Source of the DNA: Rhodospirillaceae bacterium | Lineage (GTDB): Bacteria; Pseudomonadota; Alphaproteobacteria; SHVP01 | Direction of reading: 5' to 3' | DNA: 64,000 nucleotides | Assembly (NCBI GenBank): GCA_002722055.1 | Contig: PBKD01000004.1 | Location: 7,049 to 71,048, forward strand | In this document: in pieces, positions 1-9,486 of the stretch | How positions within the stretch are numbered: position 1 is the first letter of the stretch | Layout: each line of letters begins with the position of its first letter | The notes under the pieces: generated by a model | Database searches by the model: none | Told to the model about the DNA's origin: nothing | The model's input: only the letters and a program-made list of their open reading frames with translations | Program-made: the position numbers and the translations under genes

Positions 1-19
1 TTTGAAAGAGTAGTATTTC

Positions 20-895
20 ATGGTTGAAAATTCTATTAGTAATTATAAAGATTTCCTGAACAAAGTTTCTAAAGCAACAGATATAGTTACAATCGCACCA
101 ATATGGGGATTCTATGATGTTCTTAATAGAGTATGCCCTCCCCCCAGAGAAGGAGATCCTATACCTATTGGTTCACACTGGTGTTTTTTTCAACCCCATG
201 TCCCTATGAGCGAGGTTGGAGAAGATGGGCACCCTAAAAGGGGTAAGTTTATGCCTGATCCACCAAATCTTCCAAGGAGAATGTTTGCTGGATCAAGTAT
301 TACTTTTTTTAAAGATATAAAAATTGGTGATAAAGTCTTGAGAGAGCAGAAAATCCAATCTATTTCTGAAAAAAAAGGAAAAAGTGGTGAACTTCTTTTT
401 GTTAATTTAGAAGAAAAATATATAGTTGATGGTAAGACGTCTATTTTACAAATTAACAATATTGTATACAGAGAAGCTCCAAATAAAACTGAATTAACTA
501 ATAAAAATATCTTAGGAAAACAATTAGAGAATAATATTTTATCTACTTGTCTAAAGAAGGAAATTATACCGGACCCAGTTATGTTATTTAAGTACTCTGC
601 AATAACTTTTAATGGCCATAGAATTCATTATGATAGGAAATACTCAATTGATAAGGAAGGTTACCCAGGATTAGTAGTTCATGGACCTTTAACAGCAACC
701 TTTTTAATGCATTTTTGTGAGAATACTCTTCAAAAGCATATAAAAAAATTTGAATTTAGAGCAATTAAGCCCATCTTTGACATAGAGAAATTTATGCTTA
801 ATCTCTACGAAGATAAAGACAATGGAACTATCGATGTCTACGCTACTAATTTAAAAAATGAAATTTGCATGTCTGCTAAAGCTGTAATGGTTTAA
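20..895 (+). CDS. MaoC/FAS1-like double-hotdog acyl-CoA hydratase (HTD2 / itaconyl- or mesaconyl-CoA hydratase family)
   Basis: Motifs GEDGHP, PRRMFAGS, LFKYSAITFNGHRIHYD and GYPGLVVHGPL. Confidence 0.85.
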   Translation: MVENSISNYKDFLNKVSKATDIVTIAPIWGFYDVLNRVCPPPREGDPIPIGSHWCFFQPHVPMSEVGEDGHPKRGKFMPDPPNLPRRMFAGSSITFFKDIKIGDKVLREQKIQSISEKKGKSGELLFVNLEEKYIVDGKTSILQINNIVYREAPNKTELTNKNILGKQLENNILSTCLKKEIIPDPVMLFKYSAITFNGHRIHYDRKYSIDKEGYPGLVVHGPLTATFLMHFCENTLQKHIKKFEFRAIKPIFDIEKFMLNLYEDKDNGTIDVYATNLKNEICMSAKAVMV

Positions 896-900
896 ATAAA

Positions 901-1587
901 TTAGAATTTTTCAAAATTTGATAACTCATAAATAACACCCTTGTTATTTCCTTTAATAACTTGCATTTTTATAAAAATAGAGTCATCCCCGTGAGACCAT
1001 ATTAGTAGCTCCTTACCAAAAGGAGTAAGCCAAATAAATTTATCACAAAGGAATTTTCCTGCTGATACGTCAACTTTCTCTATGCCTTCGTATCGTGCTG
1101 TTGAGGATAATATAGTTCCATGACTAATTGTTCTACCATTCCATGTATCTGAAACAGTAAAAGTTAAAATTTCGTTATATTCATTTTTTCTTTTACCAAC
1201 CATCCTCATCTTCCATGCTTCATGAAAAATTGCATGAAAACCTAAAATTACATTTTTTTTTATAGAAAAAACTTTATGATCATAATTTCCATTTGGTTTA
1301 CATAACCATGAATGCAAATCTCCATCGATTAATTTTCTTTGAATAGAACCTTCATATTTATTCTTATAATATAAATTACCAAACGCCTCTATTGGTTGCC
1401 AATATTTAGACTCCTTCTGATAAACATCTCTTAATAAATCTCTATTCGGAGAGCGAGATACTGCTCTTAAAGTCCTGGATCCATCTGGATTTCTAGTAAT
1501 AATAAAATTTTCATAGTCATAAGTTTTCCCATCAGTATCAATGATATTAATTTGCCCTTTATAGACTAAAAAATTCATATGATTCAT
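901..1587 (-). CDS. Hypothetical protein, co-transcribed downstream of the amidase
   Basis: Long ORF; ATG at 1587 lies 2 nt after the amidase stop and is preferred over the overlapping 1623 start; no motif recognised. Confidence 0.7.
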   Translation of the reverse strand: MNHMNFLVYKGQINIIDTDGKTYDYENFIITRNPDGSRTLRAVSRSPNRDLLRDVYQKESKYWQPIEAFGNLYYKNKYEGSIQRKLIDGDLHSWLCKPNGNYDHKVFSIKKNVILGFHAIFHEAWKMRMVGKRKNEYNEILTFTVSDTWNGRTISHGTILSSTARYEGIEKVDVSAGKFLCDKFIWLTPFGKELLIWSHGDDSIFIKMQVIKGNNKGVIYELSNFEKF

Positions 1588-1589
1588 AT

Positions 1590-2984
1590 CTAATATTTTA
1601 TATCTGGATGCTTTAAATGCCACGAAGTATTCAACTGATATGCATTTGACAATTGAAATAATTTTTCTTCTTTAAAGTGTGATGAAATGAGCTGAAATGC
1701 TAGAGGCATACCTTCTTTATTGAAACCAGAGGGTATAGTAATTGAGGGATTGCCTGATATATTATATGGAACTGTAAATCTTAATAAATCGCCCTGGTTA
1801 TTTATATCCCCTAATGAGTCAATTGTTTTGTTAAGGGCAGCTGTTGGCCAAGGAGGGCATATAATTATATCAACAGAATTAAAAACTTTACTTAACTGAT
1901 TACTAAACTCTCTTGAACTTTTTAAAAGCTTAACATAAGAGTCGTTATTTAATTTTGAGCCATTTATCAAAAGTTCTTTATAAACTTGACCAAGTTCATT
2001 ACCTCTCTCTAAAAGTTCTTTATTCTCTGAATATGCTTCAGCAGAAACTAGATCAGTAAATTTAGGAGTAATTTTTTTTGTATTTGGAATTTTGATTTCA
2101 ACTAAGCTTACTCCAAGATCTGATAAAAAAAGCATTGCCTTATTGATTGCCTGATAGAGCTGAGAGTCAACATCAGTTTCGTTATATTCAGGATCATACC
2201 CAACTTTCAAGCCTTTAATATCTAATTCAAAAGTAGATAAATAGTTTCTAATATCAGCAAAACTTGAATTTGGATCATCTGGATCATGCCCTGAAATTAC
2301 ATTCATTAAAGCGGCACAATCTCGGGCGTTTCTCCCTATTGGACCAATATGATCTAATGAAGGAGCTAAGGGCATTATACCAAATGTACTTACTCTTCCA
2401 AAAGTTGGCTTTACTCCTGTCACTCCACAACATATAGAAGGGTAGCGAATAGAACCCCCTGTATCTGAACCTATTGCAAGGGTGCACAAGCCTGCAGCTA
2501 CAGCTACAGCAGCGCCTGATGATGATACTCCAGTACTATATTCTAAATTCCATGGATTTTTTGGCTCTGGCATTCTTGAAGCGTGCTCAATAAACGCCCC
2601 TTCAGTTAAAGCTAACTTTCCAACAATAATTGCCCCAGAATCCTTTAGTTTTTTTACAATTGTTGAATTTTTTTTAGGAACAAAATCTCTTCTTGAATTA
2701 GATCCACCCGTTGTGGGATATCCCTTGATATCACAAATATCTTTCAAAGCAATTGGAATACCCATTAAAGGGGAAATAAATTTACCTTTTTTTACGTAAT
2801 TATCTATGATTTTTGCTTCTTTATAGGCTTCATTTTTTGTAAGACAAATGAAGGCAGAGAGAACTGGATCAAGCTTTTCAATACGATCGTAAAAATAAGA
2901 GACTAATTCTGAAGGAAGGATATCTAGATTTTTGTAATCATTATGTATTTCAAAAATTGATTTATAGTGCCAATCAGAATTCAT
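1590..2984 (-). CDS. Amidase (amidase-signature family)
   Basis: IALKD lysine, GVSSSGAAVAVAAG and GSDTGGSIRYP (Ser-cisSer-Lys triad). Confidence 0.92.
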   Translation of the reverse strand: MNSDWHYKSIFEIHNDYKNLDILPSELVSYFYDRIEKLDPVLSAFICLTKNEAYKEAKIIDNYVKKGKFISPLMGIPIALKDICDIKGYPTTGGSNSRRDFVPKKNSTIVKKLKDSGAIIVGKLALTEGAFIEHASRMPEPKNPWNLEYSTGVSSSGAAVAVAAGLCTLAIGSDTGGSIRYPSICCGVTGVKPTFGRVSTFGIMPLAPSLDHIGPIGRNARDCAALMNVISGHDPDDPNSSFADIRNYLSTFELDIKGLKVGYDPEYNETDVDSQLYQAINKAMLFLSDLGVSLVEIKIPNTKKITPKFTDLVSAEAYSENKELLERGNELGQVYKELLINGSKLNNDSYVKLLKSSREFSNQLSKVFNSVDIIICPPWPTAALNKTIDSLGDINNQGDLLRFTVPYNISGNPSITIPSGFNKEGMPLAFQLISSHFKEEKLFQLSNAYQLNTSWHLKHPDIKY

Positions 2985-3088
2985 ATTTCTATTTTAAACT
3001 ATTAGAACTATACAATCAAAAAAACATATGCAATTTTGTCCACCATGCGAACAAAAAAATTCAATTTGTACAATAATATCTTCTTTGG

Positions 3089-3097
3089 TGATATAGT
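3089..3097 (+). promoter_or_regulatory. Candidate extended -10 promoter for the LLM gene
   Basis: TGaTATAGT 22 nt upstream of the ATG at 3120; TTGTACAA palindrome at 3066-3073. Confidence 0.3.
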
Positions 3098-3119
3098 TTC
3101 AAAAATAGGAGTAAATTTT

Positions 3120-4295
3120 ATGAGATTTTCATACACTCATCATATGCCATATACAGGAATAGATAAAGCTGGCCAAGACTGGCCTGTTTCCAATAAACAA
3201 TTTGATCCCAAGAAAGGTGCTAAATTATTTAATCACTATTTAGAGGATAAAATAGCTGCTGAAGATGCTGGTTTTGACTGGATTGGATGTAACGAGCATC
3301 ATATGAGTCCTTATGGTTTAATGCCTAATCCAAATTTAGTAGGAGCAGTTATTGCTAATAGAACAAAAAGTGCTGGTATACTTCAGTCTGGTGTTATTGT
3401 CCCTCTAGTGAACCCAATAAGATTAGCTGAAGAATATGCAATGCTAGATGTTATGAGTAATGGAAGACTAGTTGCTGGTTTTATGAGAGGAATACCGCAT
3501 GAATATGTTGCTTATAATATATCACCTGACGAGTCTTATGAGAGAATGGAAGAAGCTATAGACTTAATTAAAAAATGTTGGAGTGAACCTGAGCCATTTG
3601 GTTGGGAAGGTAAATTTTATCAATATCGAGCAGTTTCTATTTGGCCAAAACCTGTTCAAAAACCTATGCCAAGAATTGTAATGTCAGCATCAAGTGAAAG
3701 ATCTGCTAGAATAGCTGCAAAACATCATGCCATTGCAGGAATTCTTGCTCTTACTAACATGGAAAATGGAAAAACTGCTATAAATAGATACAAGAAATAT
3801 GCAAACGATTTTGGCTGGAACCCTACAAGCTTAGATATTTTGGTAGGGATGCCTTGTTGTGTAGCACCTACATATGAAGAAGCAAAAAAGGTACTTCAAT
3901 CAGGCCAAGAATATTTTTTCGGAGTACTTGGTGGTGGAATTAGAACAGCACAAAAGCTAGTTGTTCAAAAATCAAGGTACTATAGCTCTCAAGAAGAAGC
4001 TAATAAACTTAAAGTTAAAGCGGTGAATGAGAGAATGGGCCAAAAAGGCATGAGTTTTGATGAAAGAGTGGAAGCTGGTTTGATTTTATGTGGGACTCCT
4101 GAAATGGTAATAGAACAAATCGAGAAAGCTCATAAAGAATTAGGTCATGGAAGAATGAATATTACACTTAAAGTTGGTAATATACCTGATGAATTAGTAT
4201 CTAGATCAATGAATTATCTTAAAGAAATAGTCTTTCCTGCTGTAAAAAATTTAGGAGAAGAGTTAGACCCTGCTCCAGCTCAAGCAGCTGAGTGA
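3120..4295 (+). CDS. LLM-class (luciferase-like) flavin-dependent monooxygenase
   Basis: NEHH, PIRLAEEYAMLDVMSNGRLVAGFMRG, IWPKPVQKP and GTPEMV motifs; AGGAG SD before ATG 3120 (the track start at 3036 is probably too long). Confidence 0.92.
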   Translation: MRFSYTHHMPYTGIDKAGQDWPVSNKQFDPKKGAKLFNHYLEDKIAAEDAGFDWIGCNEHHMSPYGLMPNPNLVGAVIANRTKSAGILQSGVIVPLVNPIRLAEEYAMLDVMSNGRLVAGFMRGIPHEYVAYNISPDESYERMEEAIDLIKKCWSEPEPFGWEGKFYQYRAVSIWPKPVQKPMPRIVMSASSERSARIAAKHHAIAGILALTNMENGKTAINRYKKYANDFGWNPTSLDILVGMPCCVAPTYEEAKKVLQSGQEYFFGVLGGGIRTAQKLVVQKSRYYSSQEEANKLKVKAVNERMGQKGMSFDERVEAGLILCGTPEMVIEQIEKAHKELGHGRMNITLKVGNIPDELVSRSMNYLKEIVFPAVKNLGEELDPAPAQAAE

Positions 4296-4301
4296 TAAAA
4301 A

Positions 4302-5198
4302 TTGATTACACCTCCTGAAGATATTTCAGAAAAAATTAAAAGTATAGGAAACAAATTCAATCATGAAGTTGTTAAAGAAATCTATAAAATCTATATACCT
4401 TTACTAAGAAAAATAAATAATGATCATATTCATGTGAAAAAAGATATAAGCTATGGAGAGAGTGATAGAAATATTTTAGATATTCACTACTGTAAAGATA
4501 CAAATAAAAAAAATATGCCGGCAGTAATTTATTTACATGGAGGAGGATTCACAGGCGGGAATAAAAATGCTTTACCGGATGAACCAGAACTTATTCATGG
4601 AAATATCGCAAATTATTTTGTAAATAATGGTTTTATTGGCATCAATGCTACTTATAGGTTAGCACCTGAACATAAATATCCATCCGGAGCAGAAGATGTA
4701 TCAAAAATAATTAAATTTTTAATTGAAAATTCTAAAAAATTTGGGATTTCTAAAGATAAAATTTTCTTATTTGGTCAGTCCGCCGGTGCCAGTCATGTGG
4801 CTAGTTATCTTTTTAATAATTCTCCTACTATCCCTGAGTCAGGAAACTTAGCTGGCTGTATTCTTTTTTCTGGCGCATACGATTTAAATTTAGTTAATTC
4901 AAATACTATTGAAAATTATTATGGAAAAAATAGAAATCTATATAGTGAAATGTCATCGATAAATTTCATCAAAAAAAAATGCTGTCCACTATACATATTT
5001 ACATCAGAGTTTGACCCTCCTGTTTTCAAAGAACAGGGTAAAAATTTTTATGAGAAGCTAAAAAATGAAGGGCATAAAGTAAATCACAAGATTATACCAG
5101 GACATAATCACATTTCACAAGTTATTCACCTTAACACAGATGATAGATCTGTTGGCCCTTATCTAATTGAATTTATGAAAAATATAATAGCAAATTAG
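4302..5198 (+). CDS. Alpha/beta hydrolase (HSL-family esterase / arylformamidase-like)
   Basis: HGGG oxyanion motif, YRLAP, GQSAG nucleophile, EFD acid and GHNH catalytic His; TTG start 6 nt after the LLM stop. Confidence 0.88.
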   Translation: MITPPEDISEKIKSIGNKFNHEVVKEIYKIYIPLLRKINNDHIHVKKDISYGESDRNILDIHYCKDTNKKNMPAVIYLHGGGFTGGNKNALPDEPELIHGNIANYFVNNGFIGINATYRLAPEHKYPSGAEDVSKIIKFLIENSKKFGISKDKIFLFGQSAGASHVASYLFNNSPTIPESGNLAGCILFSGAYDLNLVNSNTIENYYGKNRNLYSEMSSINFIKKKCCPLYIFTSEFDPPVFKEQGKNFYEKLKNEGHKVNHKIIPGHNHISQVIHLNTDDRSVGPYLIEFMKNIIAN

Positions 5199-5941
5199 CC
5201 ATCATCTAGCAGTATTAAGTTTTTTGGGAAGTCTGTAAATATTGATGTTACTCCCCAGGATTTAAGCAGTTTTGCTTCTAAAGGATCATTAACGGTATAT
5301 ACAAGTACTTTTTTTCTTAAGTCAAGAAGGTATGTAATTACTTTTTTATCAACTTTCTTAAAATCTAAACCAAAATAATAGAAAGAGTTTAAATTATACT
5401 TAACAAATTTTTTTTTTGAAAATTCTTCTAGTAATATCATTTTTTTTACTTTTTGTGTTTCTACAATTTTACTAAGAGGCTTAAAATCAAAACTACTGAT
5501 TAGTAAATTATTTTTTGAAGACCATGATTTACTTAGAGTTTCCTGTACTTTACTTCCAATAGAAAACTCAAGACCTTTTTCAGTTTTAATCTCTATATTT
5601 AAATTAATAGAATTATTATTACAATAATTTATCACTTCTATTAGAGTTGGTATTTTTTCTCCTTTGAAAGATTTATGAAACCATTCACCCACATCATAAT
5701 TTTTTAAATCTTTATAGCTTTTATTTAAAACAGAAGAATTTATTCCTGTAGTTCTAAATAGATTACTATCATGGAAAACTATTAACTCCTTATCTCCTGA
5801 AAACCTTACATCCAACTCTACCCAGGTTGAACCATAAGACTTAGCTAACCTTATTGCTGCAAAAGTATTTTCTGGCGCTATAGCGCTAGCTCCTCTATGA
5901 GATATAAAATAATCAAGGGTAAATAAATTATCTTTATTCAT
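5195..5941 (-). CDS. ugpQ: Glycerophosphodiester phosphodiesterase (UgpQ-like)
   Basis: SHRGAS..APENT, ELDV, VFHD, NIEIK, YTVN and IFTDFP. Confidence 0.9.
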   Translation of the reverse strand: MNKDNLFTLDYFISHRGASAIAPENTFAAIRLAKSYGSTWVELDVRFSGDKELIVFHDSNLFRTTGINSSVLNKSYKDLKNYDVGEWFHKSFKGEKIPTLIEVINYCNNNSINLNIEIKTEKGLEFSIGSKVQETLSKSWSSKNNLLISSFDFKPLSKIVETQKVKKMILLEEFSKKKFVKYNLNSFYYFGLDFKKVDKKVITYLLDLRKKVLVYTVNDPLEAKLLKSWGVTSIFTDFPKNLILLDDG

Positions 5942-6015
5942 ATTAAATTAACAAACCTCTATTTAATTTAAAATATATAAGTTATATTATAAGTATTAAC
6001 TTTAGAGTATAGTGC

Positions 6016-6771
6016 ATGAAAAATAATAAAAAAATGATTCTTCCCTCCGTAACTAATTTTAGAGATCTAGGAGGATATATAAATAAAGATGGGCTTAAAA
6101 TTAAAAAAAATACCATTTACAGATCTAATTTTTTTTCTGAAATGTCTAAGGAAGACCAAATAAAGATAGAATCTTTAAAAATAAAAACAGTAATTGATTT
6201 TAGAGGTAAGAAAGAAATTAATTTTAATAAATATAAATTTTATTCCAGTATCGCAAAAAATAAATATTCAAAACCTATAGAAACAAAAGCTTCAGTGGAA
6301 CTATATGACCTATTTATCAAAGGTAAACCTACTGAGAAAAAAGTAAGAAATCTAATGATAGAGTCTTATAAAGAATATGCCACAGGTTTTATAAGTAACT
6401 ATAAATTTTTTTTAAATTTATTATTGGAAAAAAATAATCTACCTTTAGTCTTTCACTGTACTGCTGGGAAAGATAGAACTGGCTTTGCTTCGGCACTGAT
6501 ATTTTTTTGCTTAAATATCCACTATGAAAACATAATGGAAGATTATTTGCTTACAAATAAACTATGGAGAACAACTTTAAATTTACCAAATAAAGCAAGT
6601 AAATCATCTATTAAAGCAATGCTTAAAGCAGATGTTGATTATTTAAATTCCGCCTTAAATGAGGTGCATGAAAAATATAAAAACATTGATAATTATATAA
6701 CAACAAAGCTCAAAATAAATAAGATGAAAAAAGAAAAAATTAAATCTAATTTATTAGAAAAAATTAGGTAG
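6016..6771 (+). CDS. Tyrosine/lipid phosphatase (Y_phosphatase3, MptpB/LipA-like)
   Basis: NFRDLGGY, VIDFR, HCTAGKDRTG P-loop and DYLLTN. Confidence 0.9.
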   Translation: MKNNKKMILPSVTNFRDLGGYINKDGLKIKKNTIYRSNFFSEMSKEDQIKIESLKIKTVIDFRGKKEINFNKYKFYSSIAKNKYSKPIETKASVELYDLFIKGKPTEKKVRNLMIESYKEYATGFISNYKFFLNLLLEKNNLPLVFHCTAGKDRTGFASALIFFCLNIHYENIMEDYLLTNKLWRTTLNLPNKASKSSIKAMLKADVDYLNSALNEVHEKYKNIDNYITTKLKINKMKKEKIKSNLLEKIR

Positions 6772-6847
6772 TTACAATTGCTAAGACAACACAACATAGA
6801 CCAAAAAAAATAATTATTGTTATTGGTTTTATATCATTTTTTTTCAT
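6764..6847 (-). CDS. Putative 27-aa single-TM small protein (not in ORF track)
   Basis: ATG 6847 preceded by TAAGGA SD; MKKNDIKPITIIIFFGLCCVVLAIVTT*; basic N-terminus followed by a hydrophobic helix. Confidence 0.45.
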   Translation of the reverse strand: MKKNDIKPITIIIFFGLCCVVLAIVTT

Positions 6848-6918
6848 AGTTTTTTCCTTATAATTATCTTAACATATACGCTTTAAAAAAAATATATGTA
6901 GAAAGTAATATTTATATA

Positions 6919-7725
6919 TTATTTTAAATGAAATTTTATCTGTTTAGCTGCATTCGACACCTGCTCTTTACTAGCTGTAGATGGACTTACACAAAGACTT
7001 TGATGAACTTCATATTTTTTTACAAATTTTTCTAAAATTTTTGGAATAATTAAAGATACTTGGATTTTAGCTAAATTCTCCTTGGTAGGGTATTTAAGCG
7101 CCGCATTTAATGCTAAATGATATGTCTCAGCGGACTTAACTAGCTCAACAGTTTTTTCATGTAGTTGTTTAGGTGAAGGAAGTCCATTAGGTCTTGCAAA
7201 CTCTTTATCCTTCTTAAACCATGGGAAGAAAAGATGTTGATCTCTCGCAAGGTGCCATAAGAAATTAAATTGGCTTCCATAATAATCAAATTTAATTTTT
7301 GGAGCATGACCACTTTCTAATAGTTGTTGAACTTTATCATCGTATATTTGAAGAAATTCTATATAAAATTTTTTTATTCTTGAAGGTTGTTGTATTGACA
7401 TTTCTATACCGCAATGCGCTCCAGTCATACTACCCCAAAGAAAAAAATTTTCTATGTTAAGCTGATCTAAAAAACGAAATATTGAGTTTGAAAAATAAGC
7501 AACATTAGGATTTTCTATATCAGGGCCCTCAGAGTCACCCATTCCCATAATATCAGGAGCAATTACAAAATAATCAGCACCTAATTTTTCAATTAAAGGT
7601 ATTAAAGAATGTGAAGATGTGGGACCTGGATGTAACATGACTAATGGTGGATTATTATTTCGATCACCAAAGTATCTGTAATGAATTTGACCTTCTTTAA
7701 TATTTATAAACCCTCTTTTAACCAT
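6919..7725 (-). CDS. Alpha/beta hydrolase-fold protein with atypical nucleophile elbow
   Basis: GQIHYR, LVMLHPGP and APDIMGMGDS; elbow reads GSMTG. Confidence 0.8.
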   Translation of the reverse strand: MVKRGFINIKEGQIHYRYFGDRNNNPPLVMLHPGPTSSHSLIPLIEKLGADYFVIAPDIMGMGDSEGPDIENPNVAYFSNSIFRFLDQLNIENFFLWGSMTGAHCGIEMSIQQPSRIKKFYIEFLQIYDDKVQQLLESGHAPKIKFDYYGSQFNFLWHLARDQHLFFPWFKKDKEFARPNGLPSPKQLHEKTVELVKSAETYHLALNAALKYPTKENLAKIQVSLIIPKILEKFVKKYEVHQSLCVSPSTASKEQVSNAAKQIKFHLK

Positions 7726-7741
7726 TTTTATATCCTTGTTA

Positions 7742-8782
7742 TTATCCCTTACTCTCTTTCTTAATTGCTTGAACTAAATCTATGATTGATTCTCTTGGGG
7801 TATTAAAGCTTATCATAATTCTGTATATTCTTTCAGATTTATCTCCCCAGAAACTAAAATTGAAACCCTGATTAAATAATCTTTTTACTACTTCATCTGA
7901 TAAATTTACAAAAACGGCATTTGATTGAACAGGGTAAACAACCTTAACTCCTTTAATTGACTTTAAGCTCTCAGATAAAAAAGACGCCATATCATTAGCA
8001 TGCCTAGCATTCTTCTCCCAAATACCAGTTTCAATATATGAATTTAACTGAGCAGATATAAATCGCATTTTTGAAATCAGGTGGCCTCCTCTTTTCCTAT
8101 AGTACTCAATATTTTCTGATAGATAATTATTAAAATAAATAATTGCCTCAGCACAGAACGCACCATTCTTTGTTGCACCAAAAGATAGAATATCTACCCC
8201 TGATTTCCATGTAATATCTGCAAATGTGCAATCTAGATAAACTACAGCATTTGCAATTCTTGCTCCATCCATATGCAAAAACATATTATTTTCATGAGTA
8301 ATTTCTGCAATTTTTCTAATTTCATCAAGATTATAAACCGTTCCTAACTCTGAAGATTGCGTAATTGACACCAAAGCAGGTTTTGAATTATGTATTCCAC
8401 GAGGAGAAATATTATCAATTTTTTTAATTAGATCCTTATAACATAATTTCGCATCATTCGATTTAACATTGATTAACTTCGCACCTCCAGTATAAAATTC
8501 AGGAGCATTGCATTCATCCTCATTTATATGAGACTCCTCAGAAGTGAAGATTGCCCCATAAGGAGGTACACAACTTGCAAAGGCTAAAGAGTTTGCAGCT
8601 GTGCCTGACACTACTGGAAAAGATCCTACTTTATTCTCAAATAGTATATCAAAATTTTTGTTTAACTTATCTGTTTCTTTATCATCACCGTAAGAATCCA
8701 CTAATCCATGGTTTGCAAGTGTTAAACTTTCTAATATTTCTTTTGATATTCCACTTACATTATCACTTAAAAAATTTTTCAT
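7742..8782 (-). CDS. ltaE: Low-specificity L-threonine aldolase
   Basis: FLSDN, GTAANSL, ECNAPEF, HMDGAR and SFGATKNG (PLP Lys). Confidence 0.92.
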   Translation of the reverse strand: MKNFLSDNVSGISKEILESLTLANHGLVDSYGDDKETDKLNKNFDILFENKVGSFPVVSGTAANSLAFASCVPPYGAIFTSEESHINEDECNAPEFYTGGAKLINVKSNDAKLCYKDLIKKIDNISPRGIHNSKPALVSITQSSELGTVYNLDEIRKIAEITHENNMFLHMDGARIANAVVYLDCTFADITWKSGVDILSFGATKNGAFCAEAIIYFNNYLSENIEYYRKRGGHLISKMRFISAQLNSYIETGIWEKNARHANDMASFLSESLKSIKGVKVVYPVQSNAVFVNLSDEVVKRLFNQGFNFSFWGDKSERIYRIMISFNTPRESIIDLVQAIKKESKG

Positions 8783-9203
8783 TTTCTATATGGTACTCAC
8801 AATTTAAAAATTCCTTACTGACACAATCTTTTCTCATATAAACTAAAACTTTAGAGTGTTTTTTTTCTCTCAACGCCACTATAAACCATAGTAAGCCTTT
8901 ATCATTAAAAAAATAAATATCTTTTGCAGATAAATTAACACTTCCATTAGGATGAGAATGATATATGCCTAATATTTTTCTATTACTCAATCTTAGCTTC
9001 TTTTGTAAATTTATTTGGCACTCAGGGTTTATTTCAAACCCTAGCTCTGGGGTTTGTGATATATTCTCACTAGGGTGAAATTCATCTATCTTATAGATTT
9101 CTTTATTTCTTATACCAGATAAAAAACCACAGCATTCTTCTGGAAATGTTTTCTTCGCTTCTAATTTTATTTTATTTATAATTTTTTTTCTTATAAAAAT
9201 CAT
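8763..9203 (-). CDS. M67/JAB (Mov34/MPN) metallopeptidase
   Basis: PEECCG glutamate and YHSHPNG..LSAKD (HxH-x10-D). Confidence 0.88.
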   Translation of the reverse strand: MIFIRKKIINKIKLEAKKTFPEECCGFLSGIRNKEIYKIDEFHPSENISQTPELGFEINPECQINLQKKLRLSNRKILGIYHSHPNGSVNLSAKDIYFFNDKGLLWFIVALREKKHSKVLVYMRKDCVSKEFLNCEYHIENEKFFK

Positions 9204-9475
9204 TTATTAATTATAATTTCTTTTAATTCTTTGCCATTACTAACATCAAAAACTTTAATAACTTCATTTCCGTCATTTTTTGTAATGTGAAAAAAAAATT
9301 TATTTTTATCAATAGTTTGACTCAAAATAGTAGATCCTTCAGGAAGATTTATTACTATTTCAGAGTGCATACCATGCTTAGAAGAAGATCTATTATAAAT
9401 TGTTATAACAATTACAGACAAACCGGCTATAATAAGTATTCCCATAAATACTACTAAAAATTTGAGAAGCCGCAT
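9200..9475 (-). CDS. Small membrane-anchored protein (DUF6476-like)
   Basis: LKFLVVFMGILII TM followed by LPEG; divergent from rluD as I recall in other alphaproteobacteria; ATG 9475 with AAGGTG SD. Confidence 0.7.
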   Translation of the reverse strand: MRLLKFLVVFMGILIIAGLSVIVITIYNRSSSKHGMHSEIVINLPEGSTILSQTIDKNKFFFHITKNDGNEVIKVFDVSNGKELKEIIINK

Positions 9476-9486
9476 AAACACACCTT

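Noticed and set aside
3036..3119. Longer LLM start
   Set aside because: The SD and a promoter-like element point to ATG 3120
8763..9203. JAB gene as part of CBASS
   Set aside because: No CD-NTase, E1/E2 or effector gene nearby
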